Shown here piece after piece: positions 10,083-19,400 of a stretch of 64,000 bases of DNA. Each line of letters starts with the position of its first letter. Positions within the stretch are counted from its first letter, which is position 1. Below the pieces are notes generated by a model, which had not been told where the DNA came from, searched no databases, and saw only the letters and a list, made by a program, of their open reading frames with translations. The stretch comes from Rubripirellula sp. GTDB lineage: Bacteria; Planctomycetota; Planctomycetia; Pirellulales; Pirellulaceae. The position numbers were made by a program, and so were the translations under genes. The stretch covers positions 8,192,001 to 8,256,000 of the forward strand of contig OZ244207.1 of assembly GCA_965216875.1 (NCBI GenBank), read 5' to 3'.

Positions 10083-10584
10083 GCTAGTTCGTAGTACCGA
10101 GCTTTAGCCGGAATCTTCTCATGAACCGCCCAAAGCCTGGACTGCAAACAACGCCGCAATCGCGTAAGCGGCCTAGCGTTCTACTCGTCTTGCGCAACTT
10201 TAGTGGGGCCCGGCGCTAGCGCGTACGGCTCACGGGGAAAGGCCGGATTATTTGAGCTGCTAGTTCGTAGTACCGAGCTTTAGCCGGAATCTTCTCGAAA
10301 ACCGCCCAACGCCTAGACGGCAAACGGAGCCCTGATCGGGTAAGCAGTTCGGCCTATTACTGTTCTTGCGCAACTTTAGAAGGGCCCGACGCTAGCGCGT
10401 ACGGCTCACGGGGAAAGGCCGTGATTATTTGAGCGGCTAGTTCGTAGTACCGAGCTTTAGCCGGAATCTTCTCACAAACCACGCAAGGCTGGACTAAAAA
10501 TAACGCCGTGATCGCGTAAGCGGCCCAGCGTTTTACTCGTCTTGCGCAACTTTAGAAGGGCCCGACGCTAGCGCGTACGGCTCA
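10083..10584 (+). repeat. Three tandem ~176-bp composite REP units
   Basis: Units start at 10083, 10259 and 10436; each has GTAGTACCGAGCTTTAGCCGGAATCTTCTC and ends with CGCTAGCGCGTACGGCTCA. Confidence 0.92.
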
Positions 10585-10627
10585 GGCCAAGAGGCCGCGA
10601 AGCGTACGTTGCGACGCGGAGTATGAG

Positions 10628-11578
10628 CTAAAGCTCGATGGTGAGTGATTGGCCGTTGGTGGTTCCGAAGACAACTCGGTTCGGCTCGGTTGGATCGACA
10701 TCGACTGCGTACAACCAACCTTCACTGACCTCGATCGTCTTCACCACATTGACGGTCGTCGGGTCGATCAACCGCGCCGATCCATCGCTGCATCCTGCGA
10801 CCAACATTTCGCCTTGTTGAACCCACGCGATGCAAAGTGGGGTCGCGGGGAGACGTGCGAACCGAACCATCCGCCCGATCGTCGGTTGCCAAAACCGAAC
10901 GCTGCGATCCTTTGATGCGGACGCGATCATTGGCAAGCCGTCCGTGGTTGGCCGGTTCGCCAATGCGGTGACATCACGTGAGTGGTGGTGAAGTGTTCGT
11001 TTCGTGTCGCCGTTGTCTGCGTCCCAGACTCGCAACGTTTGATCGCGTCCGGCCGAAACGATGGTTGAGTTGTCAGCGAGCCAGACACTCGCCGTGACGG
11101 CTCGCGAATGCTTGGTGTAACGCAGCGCCGGTTGTTTGGATTCGACCAAGAAAACGCTGCACACTTCATCGCCTCCGGCGGCGACCAGACGTTTGCCATC
11201 CGTTGTGACGCATAGGTCGTACACGACATCGCTACCGAACTCGGTTCGATGAACGACTTGACGTGTCTTGGTGTCGAGCAGCGCGACGCCTCCGAATTCG
11301 CCGGGTGTGCCGCCGGCGATTGCGATGTGATTGGATTGGCCGACGCGACTGATCGAGTGGATGTTGTCGAAATCAACGTCCTGGAGGTGAACCACGTCGC
11401 CCGACTTGGCCGACACCCATTCCAGCCCCGATTGTGAGCCACGGAAGATCGTTTCACCATCATGGCTGAACGCGACCGCGGTCACGGGAGGGTTGGTTCC
11501 CGCAGCGAAAGCCGGGCGAGAGAACGCGGTCGCGCCCATCAGGGTGATCGCCGCGCGTCGAGAGCAAGCAACACTCAC
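10628..11578 (-). CDS. WD40-repeat protein with Tat-like signal
   Basis: SRRAAI N-terminus; H..VSAGRDQTLRVWD and ASASKDRSVRFW repeats; 4-nt overlap with the DUF1501 gene. Confidence 0.85.
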   Translation of the reverse strand: MSVACSRRAAITLMGATAFSRPAFAAGTNPPVTAVAFSHDGETIFRGSQSGLEWVSAKSGDVVHLQDVDFDNIHSISRVGQSNHIAIAGGTPGEFGGVALLDTKTRQVVHRTEFGSDVVYDLCVTTDGKRLVAAGGDEVCSVFLVESKQPALRYTKHSRAVTASVWLADNSTIVSAGRDQTLRVWDADNGDTKRTLHHHSRDVTALANRPTTDGLPMIASASKDRSVRFWQPTIGRMVRFARLPATPLCIAWVQQGEMLVAGCSDGSARLIDPTTVNVVKTIEVSEGWLYAVDVDPTEPNRVVFGTTNGQSLTIEL

Positions 11579-12903
11579 GCAATCAACTCATCAATCACGG
11601 AACCGTCGCGGTTGATTTGCACGGGGCGGCCATCGCCTGTGTGCAGTTCGTGTTCACCCGAAATGCCTAGCAGGTGATAGACCGTGTGCGCCAAGTCGGA
11701 TGGTGTGACGGGGCGGTCCGCCGGGCGTTCGCCATGTGCGTCCGAACTGCCGATCACTTGCCCGCCACGAACACCACCGCCAGCCAACGCGACGCTAAAG
11801 GCACGCGGCCAGTGGTCGCGCCCGCCACGGGGATTCAACTTGGGAGTCCGACCGAATTCACCCATCACCATCACGAGCGTCGATTCGAGCAATCCACGTT
11901 GATGCAGGTCTTCAATCAACGCAGAGTAAGCGACGTCAAGTTTTGGGATCTTGCCAACGCTGCCACCGGTGTATCCCTGTCGAAGTCGTAGATCAAGTTC
12001 TTCGTGGGTGTCCCAGCCTCGATCGGTTACCGTAACAAACCCGGCGCCGGCCTCGATCAATCGCCGTGCCATCAAGCAAGACTGCCCGAGTTGGTGACGC
12101 CCATAGCGGCCGCGAGTGTCTGGTGTTTCTTTCGTCAGGTCAAACGCATCGCGGGCTCGTGTGGATGCGAGTAATCGGTAAGCCTGTTCAAAGGAGTCGT
12201 TGGCCGGCAGTTCACTCGCTTCCATTCCTTTGGCCAATTGATCGACCGCGCGGCGCATCGATTGCCGACGTTGAAGTCGTTGCTTGGAGAGGATGCCTGC
12301 GGAGGAAAGGTCTTGGACTTGGAAGTCTGGTCTGGATGGATCGCCCTGCACAACAAATGGCGAGGTCGATTGATCAAGGTACCCTGGGCCAGCCATCGCA
12401 TTGGGGCGCTGAAGTGCGATATTCACCGGCAGCGTTTTGTGATTGCCTCGCAACTGAGTCATGACCGAAGGCATGCCGGGATAGACGAGCGCCGGCGTCG
12501 GCTTGTATCCGGTCAACAGGTAGTGACTGGCAAAGTTGTGTTCGCCAAGGGTGGACGTCATCGAGCGAACGATCGCGATCTTGTCGAGTTGTGTTGCGGT
12601 TCGCGCCAAGTGCTCGCTGATTTGAATCCCGGCCACGCTAGTCGCAATCGGTCCGAATGGACCGCGAACTTCCGTTGGCGCGTTGGGCTTGGGGTCAAAC
12701 GTTTCCAAATGACTCGGGCCACCGTCAAGCCAAATCAAAATGCACGACGTCGCTCGTGGAAGACTTGATTCCGCCCCCTGTGCCCGAAGATTGAGCCAGT
12801 CACTTAGCGTCAATCCGAAGGCAGTGAGTCCACCGACATGCAAGACGTCACGTCGAGTTACCGCGTCACAGCGACGGTTCCAATGGTTTGTACCATTCAT
12901 CAC
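11575..12903 (-). CDS. DUF1501 domain-containing protein
   Basis: TRRDVL, GGPSHLETFDPKP, GWDTH, GEFGRTP, GRDHWP. Confidence 0.92.
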   Translation of the reverse strand: MMNGTNHWNRRCDAVTRRDVLHVGGLTAFGLTLSDWLNLRAQGAESSLPRATSCILIWLDGGPSHLETFDPKPNAPTEVRGPFGPIATSVAGIQISEHLARTATQLDKIAIVRSMTSTLGEHNFASHYLLTGYKPTPALVYPGMPSVMTQLRGNHKTLPVNIALQRPNAMAGPGYLDQSTSPFVVQGDPSRPDFQVQDLSSAGILSKQRLQRRQSMRRAVDQLAKGMEASELPANDSFEQAYRLLASTRARDAFDLTKETPDTRGRYGRHQLGQSCLMARRLIEAGAGFVTVTDRGWDTHEELDLRLRQGYTGGSVGKIPKLDVAYSALIEDLHQRGLLESTLVMVMGEFGRTPKLNPRGGRDHWPRAFSVALAGGGVRGGQVIGSSDAHGERPADRPVTPSDLAHTVYHLLGISGEHELHTGDGRPVQINRDGSVIDELIA

Positions 12904-13207
12904 AAGCTCGCACGCATTGTTTGTTCACCAACCAATTGCTGCCCGCAACGGCCCAGATAGGTTGTGCCTTGACGCAGGCACACCGATCGGACCGGTCACG
13001 TCAGTCTAACCGATGCAAATTGACGAAGGTACAAGTTATGACGGTTATCCGCGGCCTACGACATCGGTTATGGCGCTCAATTAAGGGGTATAATTCATCC
13101 TAGAGTGAGCGTTGTTTGCGGGGCTCGTCGAGCTCGTTGAACTGTTGGGGCTCTTTGGACCGTTGGGGGCTTTTTGGAAAGTTTGTTTGTTTGCCGAGGT
13201 GTGATCA

Positions 13208-16200
13208 ATGACTAGTCGATCACCCAACAATTGGGTCGCGCCTGGACTTGCTCTGTTGCTCGCGCTGCTCGCGGTGACAACGTTCTTCACGACGGTTGTG
13301 TTCGAGGGGGTTACCGGCGCCGTCGGCGCTCTTCACGGTTGGCTCGCGGTTGCCACAGCCATCGTTGCAATCGTCAGCCTGGTCTATTCGCTAGCCAAAC
13401 GCCATGAGATGAGCGGGGACCCGGCAAACGAAGACAAGCTTCGCGAAAAGATTGCTGCTCTCGAAGAAGCCAACCGTGCTTTGGTGGGAGACCGCTACCT
13501 ACTTAACACGCTCGTCGAAAACGTTCCGGACGCTGTCTTTTTCAAGGACTTGCAAGGGCGGTTTGTTCGGGTCAACCGCGCGATGGCCAAAGATGCGGGC
13601 ATCGACGATCCTGATGAGTTCATTGGCAAAACGGATGTCGAAATTTGGTCGGGTGATTTACCCGCTGAGGCGGGTGAGGACGAGCGTCGGATCATCGAAA
13701 CGGGCGTTCCGATCCTCAACAAAGAGGAGCAGCCGATCGCGCGGGGCGGGGCACCACGTTGGGTACTTGTCACGAAAATGCCGCTGCGCGACGAATCGGG
13801 AAAGATCGTCGGTACGTTTGGTGTGGCTCGCGAAATCACCAAACAGAAACTAGCTGAACACAAGCTTCGTGACAGCGAAACTCGTTTTCGCTTGCTGGTC
13901 GAACATTCGCCTGACGCAATCGTGATGCTTGACATTGACGAGGGAGTGTTTGCCGACGCCAACGCGCAGGCCGAAGCTCTCTTCAAGATGTCTCGAGACG
14001 AAATCACGAGGTGCCACCCGGTCGACTTGAGTCCGCCGATGCAACCCGATGGTCGCCCTTCGGTTGAGATGGCAGAGGAAATGATCACGAGCGCACTGGC
14101 CGGTCAGCGGATGGTCTTTGATTGGGTCCACCGTGATGCGGACGGACGTGATATTCCATGCGAAGTGCGTTTGGTGCCCTTGCCCGGCGGCAAGCGAAAA
14201 CTGCTTCAGGCGAGCATTGCAGATATCACGAAACGCAAGCAAGCAGAAAAAGATCTCACCGATGCGCGCGACGCTGCGCAAGAAGCCAATCGCGAACTCC
14301 GCCGCGCTCGCGATGCTGCGGAAGATGCGAACCGTGCCAAGAATGATTTCCTGGCAAACATGAGCCACGAGATCCGTACTCCGATGAACGCCGTCATCGG
14401 AATGACCGAACTGGTTTTGGACGGGCAATTGGAACCGACCCAGCGCGACTATCTCAACACCGTCGCCGAGTCGGCTGAATCGCTGATGTCCGTCATCAAC
14501 CAGGTGCTCGATTTTGCAAAAATCGAGGCGGGCAAACTCGATCTCGAGCCGGTCGACTTCGACCTTCGCGACGAAATCGGCAAGACGCTCAAGTCCCTTG
14601 GGTTGCGGGCGCAGGCGAACGAAACAGAACTGGTATGGCGCGTTGATCCGAAGGTGCCGCATTGGCTTCACGGCGATTCGGCGCGGCTGCGTCAAATGTT
14701 GGTCAACCTGGTTGGCAACGCGATCAAGTTCACCGAGGAAGGCGAAGTCTTTGTCGACGTCACGTGTGATGACCAAGCCAGCGACAAGGTGACGCTGCGA
14801 ATCACGGTACGGGACACAGGTATCGGGATTCCGCAGGAGAAAATCGACTCGATCTTTTCGGCCTTTGAGCAGGTCGATACATCCACGACGCGCGCCTACG
14901 GAGGCACTGGACTCGGGCTCGCGATCACCGCCAGGATTGCCGGTGCGATGGACGGCAATGTTTGGGTTGAGAGTACGCTCGGCGAAGGAAGCGACTTCTA
15001 CTTGAAACTTCAGCTTCCAATCTCCGAGCGCGAAGACGATCTTGCGAAGTCGGAATTGGAAACCTTGCGAGCACTCGTTGTCTGTGATCGCAAACGCAAC
15101 CGCATGATCCTTGGTGAACTGTTGGAGTCGCGAGGAATTGAATTTGATGCGGCGAACTCGATCGATGCTGCGCTGGCAAAAGTGAGTGAACTTGGCAGTA
15201 CGCGTACCGTCGTTGTTGCTGACTTGCACGATGGATTCGAATTGGCTGAACAATTGCGACGCGATCCCGCGGCGCCTCGAGTCCCGATCGTGTTGCTGAC
15301 CACCGCGGTGCAGATCAACGACGTGCGCCGTTGTCACGAACTTGATATTGATACACAGTTGATGAAGCCAGCTCGGCACCGGGAAATCATCAATGCGATT
15401 GTACGAGCCTCAGGCATCTCGCTGAGTGATACGGCTCGCCATGACGAAGATGGCCAGCGACTTGAACGCAAGTTGCGGGTGTTACTTGCCGAAGACGGCA
15501 AGACGAATCAAATGATGGCGACCGGCATGCTCGGTAAATGGGGACACAATGTCGACATCGTCGAAAATGGCTTGGACGCCGTAAGGCATTGGCAGGACCA
15601 TCACTACGATGTGATTTTGATGGACATTCAGATGCCGTTGCTTGATGGGCTTGATGCGACGCGGCGGATCCGACAGATGGAATCAGGCTCGCGAATCCCG
15701 ATCATTGCGTTGACCGCACATGCAATGAAGGGGGACCGCCAACGCTGCCTCGACGCGGGAATGGATGACTATGTGTCGAAGCCGGTTCGCCAAGCGGATC
15801 TCCAAGAGGCGTTGTACCGCGTGCTCACTGAGCCCGCTGATGAATCATCCGAGCAGGAAGACGCTGCGAGTGATCCCGGTCTGCCTGAAAATCTCTCGCC
15901 AGTGATCGATTGGCAGCTGGGAGTAAGCAATCTCGGAGGAGACGCTGATTTTCACCGCAAGTTGCTTGAGTCGGCCATTGTCGAGGTCAAAGAGCTTTAT
16001 CCCAAGTTAGTCGCCGCACTCGAGAGCCGTGTCCGCGAGGAGTCGCAACGCCTGGCCCACACGATCAAAGGTGCTGCTCGCGCGGTGTCGGCAGTGCAGA
16101 CGACGGAAGCGGCCTTCGAGATCGAAAAAGCCGCGGGCGAAGGGGACTTCGAACTTGCTGAAAGCCGGCTGCCTGCCCTGGCCGATTCGATCGAAGCGTT

Positions 16201-16231
16201 CGACCGCGAACTTCTCGCCCGATCGCATTGA
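13208..16231 (+). CDS. Hybrid sensor histidine kinase (2 TM, 2 PAS, HisKA, HATPase, 2 REC, Hpt)
   Basis: FLANMSHEIRTPMN, NLVGNAIKFT, DTGIGI, GGTGLGL, MDIQMP, AHTIKG. Confidence 0.95.
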   Translation: MTSRSPNNWVAPGLALLLALLAVTTFFTTVVFEGVTGAVGALHGWLAVATAIVAIVSLVYSLAKRHEMSGDPANEDKLREKIAALEEANRALVGDRYLLNTLVENVPDAVFFKDLQGRFVRVNRAMAKDAGIDDPDEFIGKTDVEIWSGDLPAEAGEDERRIIETGVPILNKEEQPIARGGAPRWVLVTKMPLRDESGKIVGTFGVAREITKQKLAEHKLRDSETRFRLLVEHSPDAIVMLDIDEGVFADANAQAEALFKMSRDEITRCHPVDLSPPMQPDGRPSVEMAEEMITSALAGQRMVFDWVHRDADGRDIPCEVRLVPLPGGKRKLLQASIADITKRKQAEKDLTDARDAAQEANRELRRARDAAEDANRAKNDFLANMSHEIRTPMNAVIGMTELVLDGQLEPTQRDYLNTVAESAESLMSVINQVLDFAKIEAGKLDLEPVDFDLRDEIGKTLKSLGLRAQANETELVWRVDPKVPHWLHGDSARLRQMLVNLVGNAIKFTEEGEVFVDVTCDDQASDKVTLRITVRDTGIGIPQEKIDSIFSAFEQVDTSTTRAYGGTGLGLAITARIAGAMDGNVWVESTLGEGSDFYLKLQLPISEREDDLAKSELETLRALVVCDRKRNRMILGELLESRGIEFDAANSIDAALAKVSELGSTRTVVVADLHDGFELAEQLRRDPAAPRVPIVLLTTAVQINDVRRCHELDIDTQLMKPARHREIINAIVRASGISLSDTARHDEDGQRLERKLRVLLAEDGKTNQMMATGMLGKWGHNVDIVENGLDAVRHWQDHHYDVILMDIQMPLLDGLDATRRIRQMESGSRIPIIALTAHAMKGDRQRCLDAGMDDYVSKPVRQADLQEALYRVLTEPADESSEQEDAASDPGLPENLSPVIDWQLGVSNLGGDADFHRKLLESAIVEVKELYPKLVAALESRVREESQRLAHTIKGAARAVSAVQTTEAAFEIEKAAGEGDFELAESRLPALADSIEAFDRELLARSH

Positions 16232-16260
16232 TCGGTGTGTGGTTTGTTTGCCGAGTGTTT

Positions 16261-16450
16261 GTAGTACCGAGCTTTAGCCGGAATCTTTCGTGTCTGCCGT
16301 CTCGTGGCGGGACGATCTAGCAGGGCGGCCCTCTGTGCCGGATCAGCGTCGCTGTCGCTCCTTGATCCGGCCTACGTGTTTGTAGTACCGAGCTTTAGCC
16401 GGAATCTTCTTGCCGGATCAGCGTCGCTGTCGCTCCTTGATCCGGCCTAC
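16261..16450. repeat. Two REP heterodoublets between convergent genes
   Basis: GTAGTACCGAGCTTTAGCCGGAATCTT at 16261 and 16382, each followed by GCCGGATCAGCGTCGCTGTCGCTCCTTGATCCGGCCTAC (16337, 16412). Confidence 0.9.
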
Positions 16451-16454
16451 CGAG

Positions 16455-19400
16455 CTACTCTGGCAGGTTGTTGCCAAACGCCGAGCGGAATGCTGCGAAG
16501 TCGAACAGGTTCACTGTGCCATTTCCGTCGCTGTCGAGTGCGGGCAGGAATTCAGCGTTTCCGGTCGAGCGATTGAAGGTCGAACGGAACGCGGCAAAGT
16601 CAAACAGGTTGACCGCCCGGTCGCCGGTTTCATCTCCGTAGAGTCGGAAGAAGTCGTCGTTGTTCGGCTGACCACTTGCTGTTTGACCAAAGACATAGTC
16701 GGCTGCCATGGTTGCGCCGCCTGAGCTCGCGACGACTTGCGCGGCCGCGACATCCAAACGGTAATCACCATCGGCGAGTGAGTTGGCCAATAGCCCCGGT
16801 CCCGGTCGATCGACAACCGAAGTTCCCGAGCTGAACGTCAACTCGACGCTGGTTTTGCCGTCTGCATTGACCGGGATGCCGACAACGACCGAGGTGACGA
16901 CTTCCGCGGTGTCGTTGTTGGTCAACGTAAAGGCATTTGCCAATCCGGCGTGCTCGACTTCTTCGCTAAACGTGACGAGCACCGAAGTGATCTGAGAGCG
17001 TGTGGCCGAGCCATCGTTGATCTGGACCGATTCGACGGTCGGTCCTGCCACGACAGGTTGTCCTTGCAGCCGAATGTTGTCCCATCCGGCGAAGTCGCTG
17101 CCGCCATTTTGAATTCCGTCAAGCACAAGACGAACGCCAATGTCCGTGTCGGGAATCGCAGCCGTTACCGTTGTCCAGGCATCGGTGTTCTTGTTGAGGA
17201 TCACGTTGTCGTGTCCAGCAAGCGCCGAGAAGTTCACACCGTCGGAGCTTGTCAAAACGGTGTAGCGGAGTTCGTCGGATGTATCGAAGCCATCTGTGAA
17301 GTAATCAAATTTCAATTCGACGTCGTTGAAGGCGGACACATCACCGTCGGCGAAAGTAAGCGTGTGGTCAAACGCGCCTCCACCATTGGGGTTATCCAAG
17401 TCCTGCATCCCCCAGAAGTTGGCTCCTTCCGAAGGCAAGGTCAGTGTGCCGCCAAGTGTGTCTTTCACCGCCCAAACGTCACCGCCTACCTCGTAGGACG
17501 CGGGGTCTGCAGTAAAGGCCCAGGTGTCGCTTGGAGCACTCTCGAAGGATTGGAACAGAATCTGTGTCGCTGGAGCACCATCGTTGTCTTCGACAAACAC
17601 CACGACGTCAGGAGCCGTAAGGCCTTGGAAGTTGACGTCGGTCGATGCAACCGTGAATGAGATCAGCGACTGAAGCGTCCCATCTTCGACCGCATCGTCA
17701 TTTGCAAGGACGGTTACGGTTTGAGCGGTGTTGGCCGTGGCTGGTGTGAAGGTCAGATCGATGGCGACACCAGCACCGGAGCCAAGGTCGATTTCAGTGT
17801 TATTGGGTGTGAGCGTGACGGTCACATCTTGACCGGGCGATCCGATCAGTTGGACGTCGATCGTGTCACCCGCGCCGCCTTCGACGACGCGCGTGTCGGC
17901 GCCGGTTTCGGTGACGAGCAATTCGGCTGCAGCTGCAACGGGGTTTTCCGACCCAATGTGGTCGAGAGCCGCGCCGCCCAAGCTTTGCGGAACGGTTTGT
18001 CCAAGCAACAGCGAGAAGTTGGGAGCAACACCTTCGATTCCGCCCGCTCCCCAATCAGCAGCCGTCGATCCGGTGGAATTCCCAAGCCGTCCGACCCAAT
18101 TGGCTGCGTTGACACCCGTGTCAACAATCACCGCTCCTGCGGGCGAAAGGATCGTTTGGTTGGTCGTGTCCTCTGCAAAGACGATGTTGCTGTAAGCATA
18201 TTCCGTTGCGTCGTCATCATCCAAGACGCTGACGGAGTCCAAGATCGTCCAGCCGTCAAACACGGTTCCGTCGGGCACGCCATTGTCGTCGCTGTCGATG
18301 TCATCATCGTTCGACGGCGCGACGCCGGTCTGCACTAAGAAGAAGGTCGCACTGGTGTTTTCTTGGTCGCCATCACCCGCGTTAACTTCCGATGCTGCTG
18401 GGTCGATGGCGAACGTGTTGGCGACGTTGGTCAGAACAAGGAACCCGTTTGAACCGAACGTCATGCCGGAGAGGTCGATGAACTCATTCACGTCACCAGG
18501 GGCAGTTGAATCGCCTTCGATGTTCACGAAGTAAGTCCCTGCTGCAACGACTGCGTTGGCAGGTCCACGAAGTTCGATGTATTCGTTTGGCTGGTCGATG
18601 CCCGGGGGATTGAAGAGCACTTCGTTGATAAACAATGGCTGCGCGGTGACGTCGTTGTCGGCGATCGAAACCGTTGCCGCAGGCACAGTGAGGGCGTTGT
18701 AGGACGCGTCCGTGCTTGATGTGGTGAAGTTGATCAGGCCAGTGTGTGGTCCTTCCGAATCCATGTCATCGACGGCCGTGACAGTGACAGTCTGAAGGAC
18801 ATTCCATGGCGTTGCCCCACCACTTGGCGTGAACGTAAGCGTTGGTTGGTCAACGGTCGTTTGCCCATCACTGATCGTCAACGTGACCGTGACGTCGCTG
18901 GTTGGTTCGGTCGTTAGCGAAACCTGGAACGTCGCTGTCGCTCCACCCTCTTCGGTGGCCAGCGTGCCTGTTGGAAGCGTGATGGTCACGCCAGGATCGA
19001 GGACGCCGGGATTCGCTGCGCCGATGTGATTGAGCAGTTGCCCTTCTTTGGTGGCAGGTGTGGTCGCACCCACCGCAAGGGAGAAATTGGGAGCGGTACC
19101 AGCGATCTCGGCACCCACCCAATCGCCTTGAGTCATGCCAATCGAGGTCGCGTTTCGAGCGACGTAGCCGAGCGGCGGAGTTACCGAATCGAAATAGTCG
19201 AAAACGATACTGGAATAAACCAGGTCGCTACCGTCGGTGTCTCGTACCGCGACGCTATCGAGTAGCGTCCAACTTGTCGCGAGAGCGCCGTCTGCAGTGC
19301 CATCGTTGTTCGCGTCAATGTCGTCGTTGATGTCGGGTGCGGTGTCGGAGTGGACCAGCAAAAAAGTATTGGTCGCATTCTCGATTTGGTTGGCTGCAAC

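Noticed and set aside
10083..10584. CRISPR array
   Set aside because: The period is about 176 bp, the intervening segments are homologous to each other, the repeat is dispersed elsewhere in the window, and there are no cas genes
13850..15379. 509-aa antisense ORF (also 27905-28768, 51789-52808, 6355-7161, 37756-38970)
   Set aside because: Lie opposite well-supported genes and show no motifs; expected from codon bias at this GC content
15060..15410. Degenerate first receiver domain as a novelty
   Set aside because: Atypical first REC domains are common in BarA/RcsC-type hybrid kinases
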